Below are positions 53,220 to 64,000 of a DNA stretch of 64,000 nt, piece by piece. The notes beneath the pieces were generated by a model. It had not been told where the DNA came from and did no database searches. It saw only the letters and a program-made list of their open reading frames with translations. This stretch comes from Eledone cirrhosa. Taxonomy: Eukaryota. The translations under genes were made by a program, and so were the position numbers. Within the stretch, counting starts at the first letter, position 1. Every line of letters starts with the position of its first letter. Location: the NCBI GenBank assembly GCA_964016885.1, contig OZ024741.1:48236001-48300000 (forward strand). The letters run 5' to 3'.

Positions 53220-54441
53220 TGGATTCAACAAGTGTGTGTGAAAAATCTTGTACTAAACTATTTCATTCCTTATAACAAGAAATATACAATATATTCTATA
53301 TATAAGTAATGATAAAGATAGAATCTCTTGTACTGGATTTTTTAATTTAGAATTCATGTCACACACAAATATAAGAGAAAGAGGGAAAGGCAAATGTTCT
53401 AAAATGTTATCTGACAATGGTATTGTCTTTCTCTCTCCAAACTCTCTCTATCCATCTGTGTATGTATATATATAGTTACATAGGAATAAACAAATATATA
53501 TAGTTCAGGAATAAACAAATATATATATAGTTCAGGAATAAACAAGACAAACACGGAGATGCAAAAACACTGTTGTTAGGTTCATGCTTGAAAAAGGAAA
53601 CAGGAAGTAAATGAATGTCTCAATGTTTCAGACATAAGTCTTTCTTCAGGAAATTGTAAAGTTCAGAGAAAGAGAGAAGACTAGAACAACGAATATTCGA
53701 AGGTTGGAGAAAAAAATTAAGATGAATGAGGAGGGTAGATAAGTAGTCCAGCATGTGGGGATGGTGGCCAGGCTGAAGAGGCCAGGTGTGTCATTTCATG
53801 GCTGTGTATTATTTCTTGTGTGTGATTTGTGTATCATTAATGGAAGTGTACATTGTGTATCTACGCATGTATGTGGGAAAATTTTTCTTAGATTTTTTTT
53901 GTTCGTGGGTATATTTATGTATGAGTGTGTACATACACACACTCACACACTCTCTCTCTCTCTCTCTCAGCATCGATTGAATATTACTTATTCTCTTTGT
54001 AAAACTGACTCCAGAGCGAATAGGTGGTGTGTGAGGAATTTGGAAATTATATTTGTTTGTTACAATATTTCTAATGAAAGATGATAATGCCATGCTAGCA
54101 TGGAAGATAGACATTAAACGATGATGATTTTGAGGAATTTTGAGAAATTTAGTATAACTAAATTTCTTGTTATTATTTTAAATAATATTTAACAAAACCT
54201 CTTACATATATTTGCAATGTGTGCATCCCAACTGAAACAACAATAATAATGGTTTCTGATTTAGGCACAAGAGGAACAACGTTTTTGGGTAGGGAGGAAT
54301 AAGTCGAGTAAATCGACCTCAGTGCATTACTGGTGCTTTATTTTATTGACTCCACAAGGATGAAAGTTAAAGGTACCTGCAAAGACTTGAACTCCACATC
54401 AGGGTACTTAACTCAAATTTTTCAACTATTATTTAAAGTGT

Positions 54442-54722
54442 GGAGGCGCATGGCCTAGTGGTAAGGGTGTTGGACTTAGGATCATAATGTTGTGGGTTCG
54501 ATTCCTGGACTGGGTTGTGTGTTGTGTTCTTGAGCAAAACACTTCATTTCGTGTTGCTCCAGTATACTCAGCTGAAAATGAGTACCAGCAATAACTGGGG
54601 GATTAACCCTGCGATGGACTGACGTCCTGTCCAGGAAGGAGCCTTGTACTCTGTCATTTCATGGCATGAAACTTGGATAAGCACCGGCCTAACGACTAAC
54701 GAGCCTTCTAGCGTAAGACAGA
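54442..54722 (+). mobile_element. tRNA-headed SINE
   Basis: ggaggcgcatggcctagtggtaag...gggttcgattcc; homologous to 9459-9732. Confidence 0.88.
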
Positions 54723-55048
54723 AAATAATAAAAAAATGATTTAAAGTGATCAACTATTACTGTGATTATTTCAAACTTCAAATTTTCCCAATGCTTCAAC
54801 CATTGTTTACACTTCTTGCATAAAATTTTGATGGAAAATGTTTTAGATAAAGTATAAACACTTTAAAATAAACAACAGCACCACAGAACCAGGCATAGTT
54901 TCCAGTACTCTGAGTTCATATGAGAAAGAGAGAGAAATTCCAGTGCAATAATTCTGTTGTAAAACAGACCTCCAAAGTTGTTGTGGATTGTGTCCAATAT
55001 TCCATACTGGCAGAGTTGGACAAAGAAGGTGAAATTGGGGAGGTTTTT

Positions 55049-55308
55049 GAGGAACACTATGTAGGAGAGAGGACATACATCTATGCTGGCTTGGGGGAGC
55101 ACAATATGTAGGGGAAGGGACATCTATGCTGGCTTGGGGTAGCACAATATGTAGGGGAGGGGACATCTATGCTGGCTTCAGGAGAACAATATGTAGGGGA
55201 GGCGACATACATTTATACTGGCTTGGGGGAGCACAATATGAAGGGGAGGGGACATACATTTATGCTGATTTGGGGGAGCACAATATGTAGGGGGAGGGGA
55301 CATACATT
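55049..55308. repeat. G-rich ~40-44-bp tandem repeat x6
   Basis: gggggagcacaatatgtaggggaggggacat(acat)ctatgctggctt. Confidence 0.9.
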
Positions 55309-55559
55309 GAACAGAAGAGTTGGGTATGAGTGAGAAACATTCTGGCAGGCAGAAGGCCTAAATGGTGTTTCAGTAGTTGAAGGATGTAAGTGGTGTGAGA
55401 CTAATGGAGATTTAGATATTGGAGGAAGGGATTAGTTGGGCAAGATGGGAAGGGTAGATGGAGTGGAACAGGTGGAGAAAGCATATTGGCAGTGGCCTAA
55501 TATCAGTTCATATCTGTACAGTTCCATGTTTGTTTCTTCCCACTGATGTTGCAAGACAT

Positions 55560-56610
55560 ATGGAAGACATATTGGCAGTCAATTCAATCCTGTATCATCT
55601 CCTTCATGATGATAAACTCCCTGAGGTTAACCTTCATTACATCATATCAAGGTTTCCTAGGTCTTCCTCTTCCACATGTTCCATAAACACTGAGTGCCCT
55701 GCAATTATTTATGCAGCTGTCATCTACCATGCACATCACATGTCCATACCATCACAGTTTTCACTTCCATTGCAGCATGTTCATCTCATTTCTTTCTAAT
55801 CTTCACAGCATTTAAGGTCTAAGTCTCACTTCCATGCAGCATTGCAATTCTCACACAAGCTTCATACAATCTGCCCTTCATTTTAAGGGAGAAATCCTTT
55901 GTAACCAGCAGAAGTAGTAGCTCTCTGAATTACTTCTGCCCAGTTCTCACTCTAGCTAAAATACTTTTGGCATATCCATCCTCACTGCTGCTTAAGTCAC
56001 CTTGGTAACAGAAGCTGTCAACCATATTCAGGGAGCTATCTGAGCTTTTGTTAGTGTCTTTCAAGTTGTTGCTGTTTACTGTTCTTGTGCATCTGCCACA
56101 TACAAAGTCTACATTCTATAACCTCTCCAAGATCCTGCTATATCTCTTGTGTACTCATAGTTTACATTTTTATGTCTGATTTCTCTTAGCTTTTCAGTAT
56201 TGTTGTTTGCTTCTCTCACCTTGCCAGTCTTCTCATACCTGTCTTTTAGCTTTAAATGCATCATCCACTCTACTATTCCACCAGCATGTTACCCTCCATC
56301 TTCCAGGGACCTTGCTCCAGCCGTATGTCTTGTTTGTGGCCTTCAGCAGGTTATCTCTTAAGAATACCCTCTGCTTTTCTATATTGTAAATTTGTAATTC
56401 TTCTTTCTTACTGTCATAAGCGTCAAGCAGGGCATCTCTTAAATTTGACATTAACTGGGGGTCTCCCTCAACTTCCATGTTTTTGTTCTTCAAATTGCCT
56501 TCTATCTTTGAGGTCATCTAGCTCTAAAGTCACTAACTACTAGGTTATGTTGGAAGGTGCACTCTTCACCAGGAAGGAACTTTGTATTTGCAATTATCAG
56601 TCTATTCGAT
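55560..56610 (-). mobile_element. Old RTE LINE with the RT core deleted (junction ~56170)
   Basis: Degenerate C-terminal region joined to RVTCWWNS..AKRQVW and PGEECTFQHNLVVSDF. Confidence 0.78.
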
Positions 56611-57376
56611 TTTTTGATGAGAATAAAGTCTGTGTTAAAAGAAAAATGCAAAGTGGAATATATTGGAAGACTGCTTGTGGAGAGCTTATATATCACCAGG
56701 AATCCAAACAGTCCATAATGGTTACATTGTTATACACAATTTTATATATGAATGTATTCAACTTTGTATATAGTTATTTTTGTTATTTAATCCCAATTCA
56801 GTCCTGGTCAAGCAGAATTACAATTGAATGTCCAAGTCATGGTCATCTTATCTTTTTTTCAGGCATTGTGTCTAAGATTTCATTATCCAGTATGTCTTTT
56901 TTTTTCTTTTCCAAGAAAGTAGGATGTGATCTGAAAGAGGTTTTGGCTGTTGTTTCTTGCATGTTGTCTCAACTTTGTATATTGTATTATCTGCTAATAA
57001 TACTAACTTTAAAATGAAGAGAAAATTTGATTTGTATAAACACCATAGATTCAGAATGCTTAGAGATCTGAAAACAAGGTTCATTCATGAATAAAATATA
57101 TATGTAGTTCCTTGTAAAATTCTAAAAATTATAACATGTATAGCTAGTTTATTTCATATATTTCAAAATAATTACCACATTTGATGGCTTATAAGACACA
57201 TCTCCATTTGGTATGCATTTAAAACAATAAATGAATAAATGGCTTTAAAATATGTCGGGTGAAGGGTGTAAAGTTTATACATCGTATTTTTTTTATTTAT
57301 TATCATTCTACATTGTAATTCTTGTAATATTTTAGTACATTTTTAAAACATAAAGAAGTGTGAAAATTTAATTTAA

Positions 57377-57584
57377 CCCTTTAGCTTTTACATTACTCTA
57401 TATATATACTATTAAATTTTTGTGGTAAAGGCTCTACCTAACATAATATCGAATCTGAGATTTTGATATTATTTATTTAGAGTACAATACCTTAACATGA
57501 GTATGAACAGTCAATCAGGGCTGGTTTGAACAGAAAGAGGTGAGAGAATTTTGGCTGGATACAGCTGGTTTAAATGCTAAAGGG
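57377..57584. mobile_element. TTAA-flanked piggyBac-like MITE
   Basis: ttaa|ccctttagc ... gctaaaggg|ttaa. Confidence 0.7.
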
Positions 57585-58025
57585 TTAAGGGACATTGCAG
57601 CACTAGAACTCCACTAGCCTGTAACCCAAACTTACCCATAACCTTATAAGATGCAGGGACATTTTTTAGGGAAAAAAAGGTGCGTCTTATAAGCTGTCAA
57701 ATATGGTGTATATATAAACAAAATATGTAATATAATAAAGCACAATGACAGAAGTTATTGATTATACTGGACTACTGACTGTGTGATCATGAGTTGAAAT
57801 CGTAGCAGTACATTGTGTTGTGCTTCTGACAGCACATATAACTCTGCTTCTCTAAGTTTCTAGGATTGTTTATGTTGGCAGCAGGAAATGCATCCAGCTG
57901 TAAAAGCAATTGTTCCAATAATATGCACGTGTCATAATTTCAAAAACTCATCCCACCCATAACAAATGGATATAAAACAAAAATTTAAGAAAAATCTAAG
58001 TTAATATTTAGCAAATAGCTTAGAA

Positions 58026-58170
58026 CAGTCATGGGCAAACAGCAGCCCGTTTGGCTTTCTGAATGGCATGCCTAATTTCAAAATTGCCTTGAACTCTTAG
58101 TAATGCAGCCCACCTTATGATGAGCCACATACTATGTGGCCAACTGCTCAAAAAAGGTTGCCCATGTCTG
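58026..58170. mobile_element. hAT-type MITE
   Basis: TIR cagtcatgggcaa / ttgcccatgtctg; 8-bp TSD gcttagaa / gcttagag. Confidence 0.78.
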
Positions 58171-59396
58171 GCTTAGAGACTCCCAATCACACAGTTAATC
58201 ACAGCATTTTTTAAACACTGTGTTCGAGCATCCCTGGGAATTTTTAAAAATATATCGTGGCTTATTAAAGAAAAATTATTATTTAAATATTTAAAGATAT
58301 TTATTTTGGTTTGTTCTTACTACAGCATTCACAAATATGTATGATATAACTTCCATCACAGAGACTGGTCTCCTTTTAGTAGAAGAGAACATTTTCAGTG
58401 CTTTTGGCAGCTGCTAACTCTTTATACTCAACACTAGAGTCTTACTCAAATCTCCGGTATATCTACCATTCTTCTGTGCAATTGTTTAACCTGTTTGTAA
58501 TAGCAGTGAAATCTCTCAAATCATGCCTTACCATTTAAAAATGATAATGCAGTTTTCCTAGATACCCTTAAAAAGACACAATGATATTCATGACTGAAAT
58601 ACCTTTGATCATACATTGGTCTGTGAAATTTGGACTGTCTTACAAGAACAACAACAGCAATAACTCTCATATATATTCTAGATCACATCCCAGACAAGAC
58701 AATCCTTTTAACATACAAGCTTGGCACATGATCAAGTTACATATATCTGCTACTACAATAACTTTTGTACCCCCAAACCCACAAGCTCTATAGTCTTATG
58801 CTAGGGTTTCATAATCTGGGGTACATTTACCCTCTGAATGTAAATTGTCTTTACACCAGGGGCTAAATTGCTGATTTGGTAATAAGATTTGTACAATTAT
58901 AAAAGAATCTCATAATTTGTGGGTGAAAAACAAAGACCGGAATCTCATTGACTGATCTCTTCATATTGACTGTATTTGGTCCCAGTAATGGTATCTGTTT
59001 ATCACTAGTTATTCATAAGTGAAATAATGTTCTGTTCAATTATAGCTATATGAACCGAAAATAATAGAACATTTTTGATAGATTTTAGTATTTGTGTATG
59101 GCAGACAGACAAAAGAGTTATATAGTTATTATAATGTACATTGTAATTTGTAAGCTCTACTGATCAGCTCTGCTATAGCAATCCTATGATTAAAGACATT
59201 CCAATCAGGAACATCCCATCTTTTATTCAAAGGAAATGTTATCTCGGATTACATTATGCACAGTGTCCTTCGGTTTTTAATATGATAGTGTGTGATTTGG
59301 TTGCTATTTCCAACAAATTGAGCAACCACTTAGAATGTTCTTCACCGGTCCATTTAGCTTGTATGTTAAATGTGAAATTACATGTACCTACTGTAG

Positions 59397-59447
<51 letters not shown>

Positions 59448-59808
59448 CTCCCAATGGTTATTTTGCTTTGGCATTGCTCTGAAACTAAGATGTCATTGTT
59501 GAGAAATCTTTCTAGCATATTTATGTATTGAACTGTGGTCGGAACAATTGGTTTTTAAGATGGTAGAATGCAATTGTAGACAAAGGTTTACATAAACTGT
59601 TATAGAAAATCAAATGTCATTTGATTATCTTCTTTTCTGTATATATAATGAGATTGATACATAGGTTAAAGATTCTATGTTGCTTGACAAATATCAATCA
59701 TGAGTCTACTAGAATCAGTTCAGGATAACTTAACTGTTTTGATACCAAACCACCTGAAATTGCTTCCTGGTTTTACAATACAAAACTCCATGATATAAAG
59801 TGCTTAAA

Positions 59809-60110
59809 TCATCATCATCATCATCATCGTTTTTATGTCCGTTCTTTCACATTTGCATGGCTTGGATGGATCATTTTCAGGACAGCATTTGCTGCATTTC
59901 TTTGTCATGTCCCCTGTAAGTCTTAGCGATTTGAAGTCAGCTCTCACTACCTCTGCCCAGGTCTTCTTGGTCTACCTTTACCGCGGCTTCTTTCCACTGG
60001 CATTTCCTAGCACTTCTTCACCCTTCGATCACCATCCATGTGCATCACATGTCCGTACCAACGCAGTCTTCTCTACTGCATACCACCTCGGATTCCTCAT
60101 AAACCCATTT
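59809..60110 (-). mobile_element. Old RTE 3' fragment
   Basis: (CAT)n tail; homology to 15016-15330. Confidence 0.78.
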
Positions 60111-60325
60111 TCTCCTTCAGTTCATCCAACATGGCTACATTTATTTTAAAATCGGCCAACAAAATTTTAAAAACATGTGTGTATATTTAAACTTCCTATC
60201 ATAATTTTATTTAAAAACGTTGTTAAGTTATGTTCCAAATACTATCTTAATAGTGAGAAAATTAGTTATATTACTAACTCCCTCCATTTTTGATATGTAA
60301 ATATATATTTTATAAATCAGTTAGG

Positions 60326-60600
60326 TTTTGCTGGTTGGTTTTGTCCATAAAATATGTCCAGCAATTCTTTCCTGAGACATTCTAACCACATTAGATCACT
60401 GGACAGATTTTACCAGGAGACCCAGGGGTAGACCCCGAGCAAGATGGTTGGATAACATCCATCAGCTTGGCTGGTCTCGCTTGAGGATCCAGCCAGATCA
60501 GTTGGAGATGTTTGCTTCTGACAGGACCCACTGGAAGGAGTGTTTGAGAACTGTGTCTCATGAACCTCTCAGGAATAAGTGGGTTGAGAAAAAGAAAGAA
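60326..60600 (+). mobile_element. RTE 3' end with an inverted 5' segment (60326-60390)
   Basis: 60395-60600 matches 14080-14287; 60326-60390 is the reverse complement of 14051-14115. Confidence 0.75.
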
Positions 60601-61051
60601 GGTTGTGATGTACTGGTTGGCATTTGAAAAACAATTCTCAATAAGGTGAAATTTACTTCCCAGTTGAAGAAACACACACACACCTACCTACCTACCTTTA
60701 TATATTTTAAAGTTTTTATACATTTAACATTTAATGTACTCAACTCTTTTGTTACCATATTTCTAATAAAAGATTCTGCCTAATATTTTCTAAATCATTT
60801 TTGAAAATTATCAAGAATTTGGAGGGATTTATTAATTTATCTAAATTTCTCATTAAGTTGGTGATTAAAACAAAAGTTCTTACACAAAATTACGATGGAA
60901 GATTTTTTTAGATGAATAGTTTTGTATTGTAGAACCATTTATGGCTTCATGTAGTTATCAAAAGGGTTAATATATGAGCGCGCACACGCACACCTCTCTA
61001 AACAGATTTATAAAGCTGCAAATAAAGATTACTTCTAAACCAATGCACTGG

Positions 61052-61085
<34 letters not shown>

Positions 61086-62373
61086 AGCAAAACCACATAT
61101 CAGTTGACTATATATTTACCAAGTTACTTGCAAAAAACATATACTAATATACTTTCATTATGTTATTGTCTATTTACAAAATATATATGAATAATTCTAT
61201 TTATGATGGACTTCTGCTAGATTCTAATTTTATTCTCAAATATTAAATGCTTTTCTTTCTAAAGGATATATTTAAAGAGTTACAGGAATCAATATGTTGT
61301 TGAAAACAAATGTTCATTGAATAGCTGGTTAAATTGAAGCTGGTTGTTTTTAATTTCCTATCCACTTTTCAATGCAAATTCAAAGATTTTTTTTCTAAGA
61401 GCTTTAAAGAATCTAGAATGAATATGTCTGACTAAATAAAATAATATAAGAAAGATGTGGAAATATACTATGTATAACTCTCTCTCTGTCTCTCTCTCTC
61501 TGTGTACATACAGTGAGAGAGAGAGAGAAGCTTTTGAGTTTGATTGATAGCTGATAAAAAGCTAGAAAATTACACACACACCACTCACTCACACATATAC
61601 ATAGGACATGTTTCATAAAATCAAATGTAGAACGGTTAAAAATCTGGTATTCAATCATTTAATTAAGATTCCTAAGTCAATGGGTGAGTAGATACATGTT
61701 TCATTATGATATAATAGATTAATGTATTTGTGACCATATTTCTAATGGAATACTTTTTGAAAATAATGAAGAATTTGATAATTAAAATTTTCATTATTAA
61801 AGATAGTGGATTGGCAGTATCTGTAGAGCATTGGACATGCTTTGCAGCATATTTACAGCCCCGGCCCTTTATGTTCAGAGTTCAAATCCTGCTGAGGTTA
61901 GCTTTGTGTTTCATCATTGAGGGTTCGATAGAATAAAGTACCAGTAATGCACTGGGCCAAGTTAATTGACTTTCCCTTCACCCAAAATGGTTGTTCTTGT
62001 GCCTAAATCAGAAACCATTATCAAGCTGGTGTTTTGAACATAACTTAACAAAAGTTTCTTAAAATTAAGATGGAAGGATGAAATTTGAATATAAATACTT
62101 TATATTAGAGGGTTTCTATTATAAAACTGGAGGTGGTTTTAGGAGGGCAGGTCACAAAAGTGTTAATGATTCTTCAGTATCAAATATTAGTTGACTGGCT
62201 TATGGTGCAATTGTCATTCAGCCAAGAGCAATGGTGTAGGATTTGAACCCACTATTCCAATTAATCAATATGGGGACCTCTAAGTAATCCCTCAACCTGT
62301 AAGAAATAGTTGTGAAATCTTTCTCAAATGACACACGGCTGTCTTAAAAAGGGAAAGGGACATTGGATATTGT

Positions 62374-62650
62374 GAAGGCATATAGCCTAGTGGTAAGGGT
62401 ATTGGAATTATGATCATAATGTGGATTCAATTCCTGGACTGGGTTATGTTCTTGAGCAAAATGCTTCATTTCATGTTGCTCCAGTATAATCAGCTGAAAA
62501 TGAGTACCAGCAATACACCGGGGATTTAACTTTGTGATGGACTGGTGTCTTGTCCAGTGAGGAAGTCTTGTACTCTCAGTCACTTCATGCCATGGGATAG
62601 CAGATAAGCACCAGTCTGATGAGCCTTTGGGCTTGAGACTGACTTTAGAC
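62374..62650 (+). mobile_element. tRNA-headed SINE
   Basis: Homologous to 54442-54722. Confidence 0.82.
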
Positions 62651-63128
62651 ATTGGATGCTGCAGACATAAGCACACTTTCTGAAAATTATGGGATGTTTC
62701 ACAGCTGGAATGACTTGGTGTTTGATCATAATTCTGTTCAGTTAGAACTGACCAGGAGTGAGACAATAACAGCAGCAATAACAGCATCTATTGCAGAGAT
62801 AAACCTCCAGCTATTGCTGGTACTCATTTTCAGGTGGACTGAAGTATTGGAAAGAGCATAACTATGGTCATTGTATAGTACCAGTTACAGATAACTACTA
62901 AAACTTTGACTATTTGTCTGGGGTTCAATCCTACTCTATGGTATTTTAGTCAAGTGTCATTTATCATAGCCTCAGATCAACCCATGTCTTGTGAGTGAAA
63001 TTGTGTAGATGGAAACGGCTTGAATCCTGTCAGGTGGACTGTATTTATAATTCAAAGGGCTAGCCTTGGCACACACTGTGTCATGCTGAATCTCTCTGAG
63101 AATTATATTAACCCTTTAGCATTTTCAT

Positions 63129-63188
<60 letters not shown>

Positions 63189-63449
63189 TAATAGTAATAA
63201 AATTGAAGACTAAAATCCAAAGAGGGCTCGATAAGGAAAATATATATCAAATATATAAGAACCATAGAGCAAATATTTATTAAAATAACAGATTAAAGTT
63301 TAAGCAAAGAATCACTGCTTTCACCCTTAACGGGATCTTCTGAAACTAACAAAGTCAATCTGTAAACGCAGAACTGGATATTTCAAAAAACGTTGCAACC
63401 GGAGGAAGACAGGAAGACGATACTTTGGTTCGTGGAAACATTTGCTGGG

Positions 63450-63700
63450 AAAAAAACGAATAATACGTCATTAATAGGAGCGGTGAAAAACAATTACGCG
63501 CAAAGACAGAACCACGTTTATGGTATAAAAGAGGTCGTAGACTAATGTTCTCTTAGGTGGTGCATAGAGACGTTATCTGGCGATGAACGAAAAAACGAAG
63601 ATAATAAGTCATATGTGGAGCGTGGAGAACAATAGCACGCAAAGACAAAACCACGTAAATCGTATAGCAGAAGTTGTAGACTAAAATTCTAACTAGGAGA
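63450..63700. repeat. Degenerate ~140-bp tandem duplication in a CpG-rich, A-rich tract
   Basis: aaaaaacgaa..taat..gtcat..ggagcg..aacaat..cgcaaagaca.aaccacgt..gtagactaa..ttct..tagg occurs twice. Confidence 0.6.
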
Positions 63701-64000
63701 CCAAATTAATCTCCGCTACAGAGTTAAGAACAAAGTAAATAAATACAATACAGAAGTAATAGAAACAAATAAATACATACACGCAAACAGATACGTACAT
63801 ACACAAGCATACGCAAAACCTTACGATAGGTATACAAAACCACGCACATATAAATGTGTGTGTGTGTGTATGCTTGTGTACAAATAAATAAATAATTATA
63901 TAAGCGTATATAAGTAAATAAATACATATATAACAAGCGCACACACATACCTACAAATAAATACACGAATGTTCGGAGACGTAAGTCAACTAAAACAAGA

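Noticed and set aside
54442-54515. tRNA genes at SINE heads
   Set aside because: A/B boxes are present but continue into SINE bodies without a complete cloverleaf
62612-62645. CTGATGA-gcc tttg ggc hairpin
   Set aside because: No GAAA follows; part of the SINE 3' region

Overview
AT-rich, repeat-dominated animal genomic DNA; the repeat complement (RTE LINEs with (GAT)n tails, tRNA-headed SINEs, multi-kb (TA)/(TATG) arrays) resembles octopus/coleoid cephalopod DNA, which is an inference. No host protein-coding exon could be supported, and nearly all long ORFs in the track are microsatellite artefacts. The window holds several RTE LINE copies (APE-RT with an embedded PHD-type finger), a second RTE family with three C-terminal C2H2 fingers and a short bipartite derivative, a Penelope-like element (RT + GIY-YIG) with an 834-bp inverted pseudo-LTR, CR1-like and R4/Dong-like fragments, a deleted DD37D (maT) transposon, MITEs, SINEs and minisatellites. 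The most notable signal is a set of type-I hammerhead ribozyme motifs. Two lie in the Penelope pLTRs, one is at 1415-1465, and a clean minimal one (palindromic CUAG loop) lies inside a non-coding 470-bp partial tandem repeat (retrozyme-like) next to an SGNH-esterase remnant. The 17.9-43 kb interval behaves as a same-polarity (TA)/(TATG) landing pad for at least seven element families.
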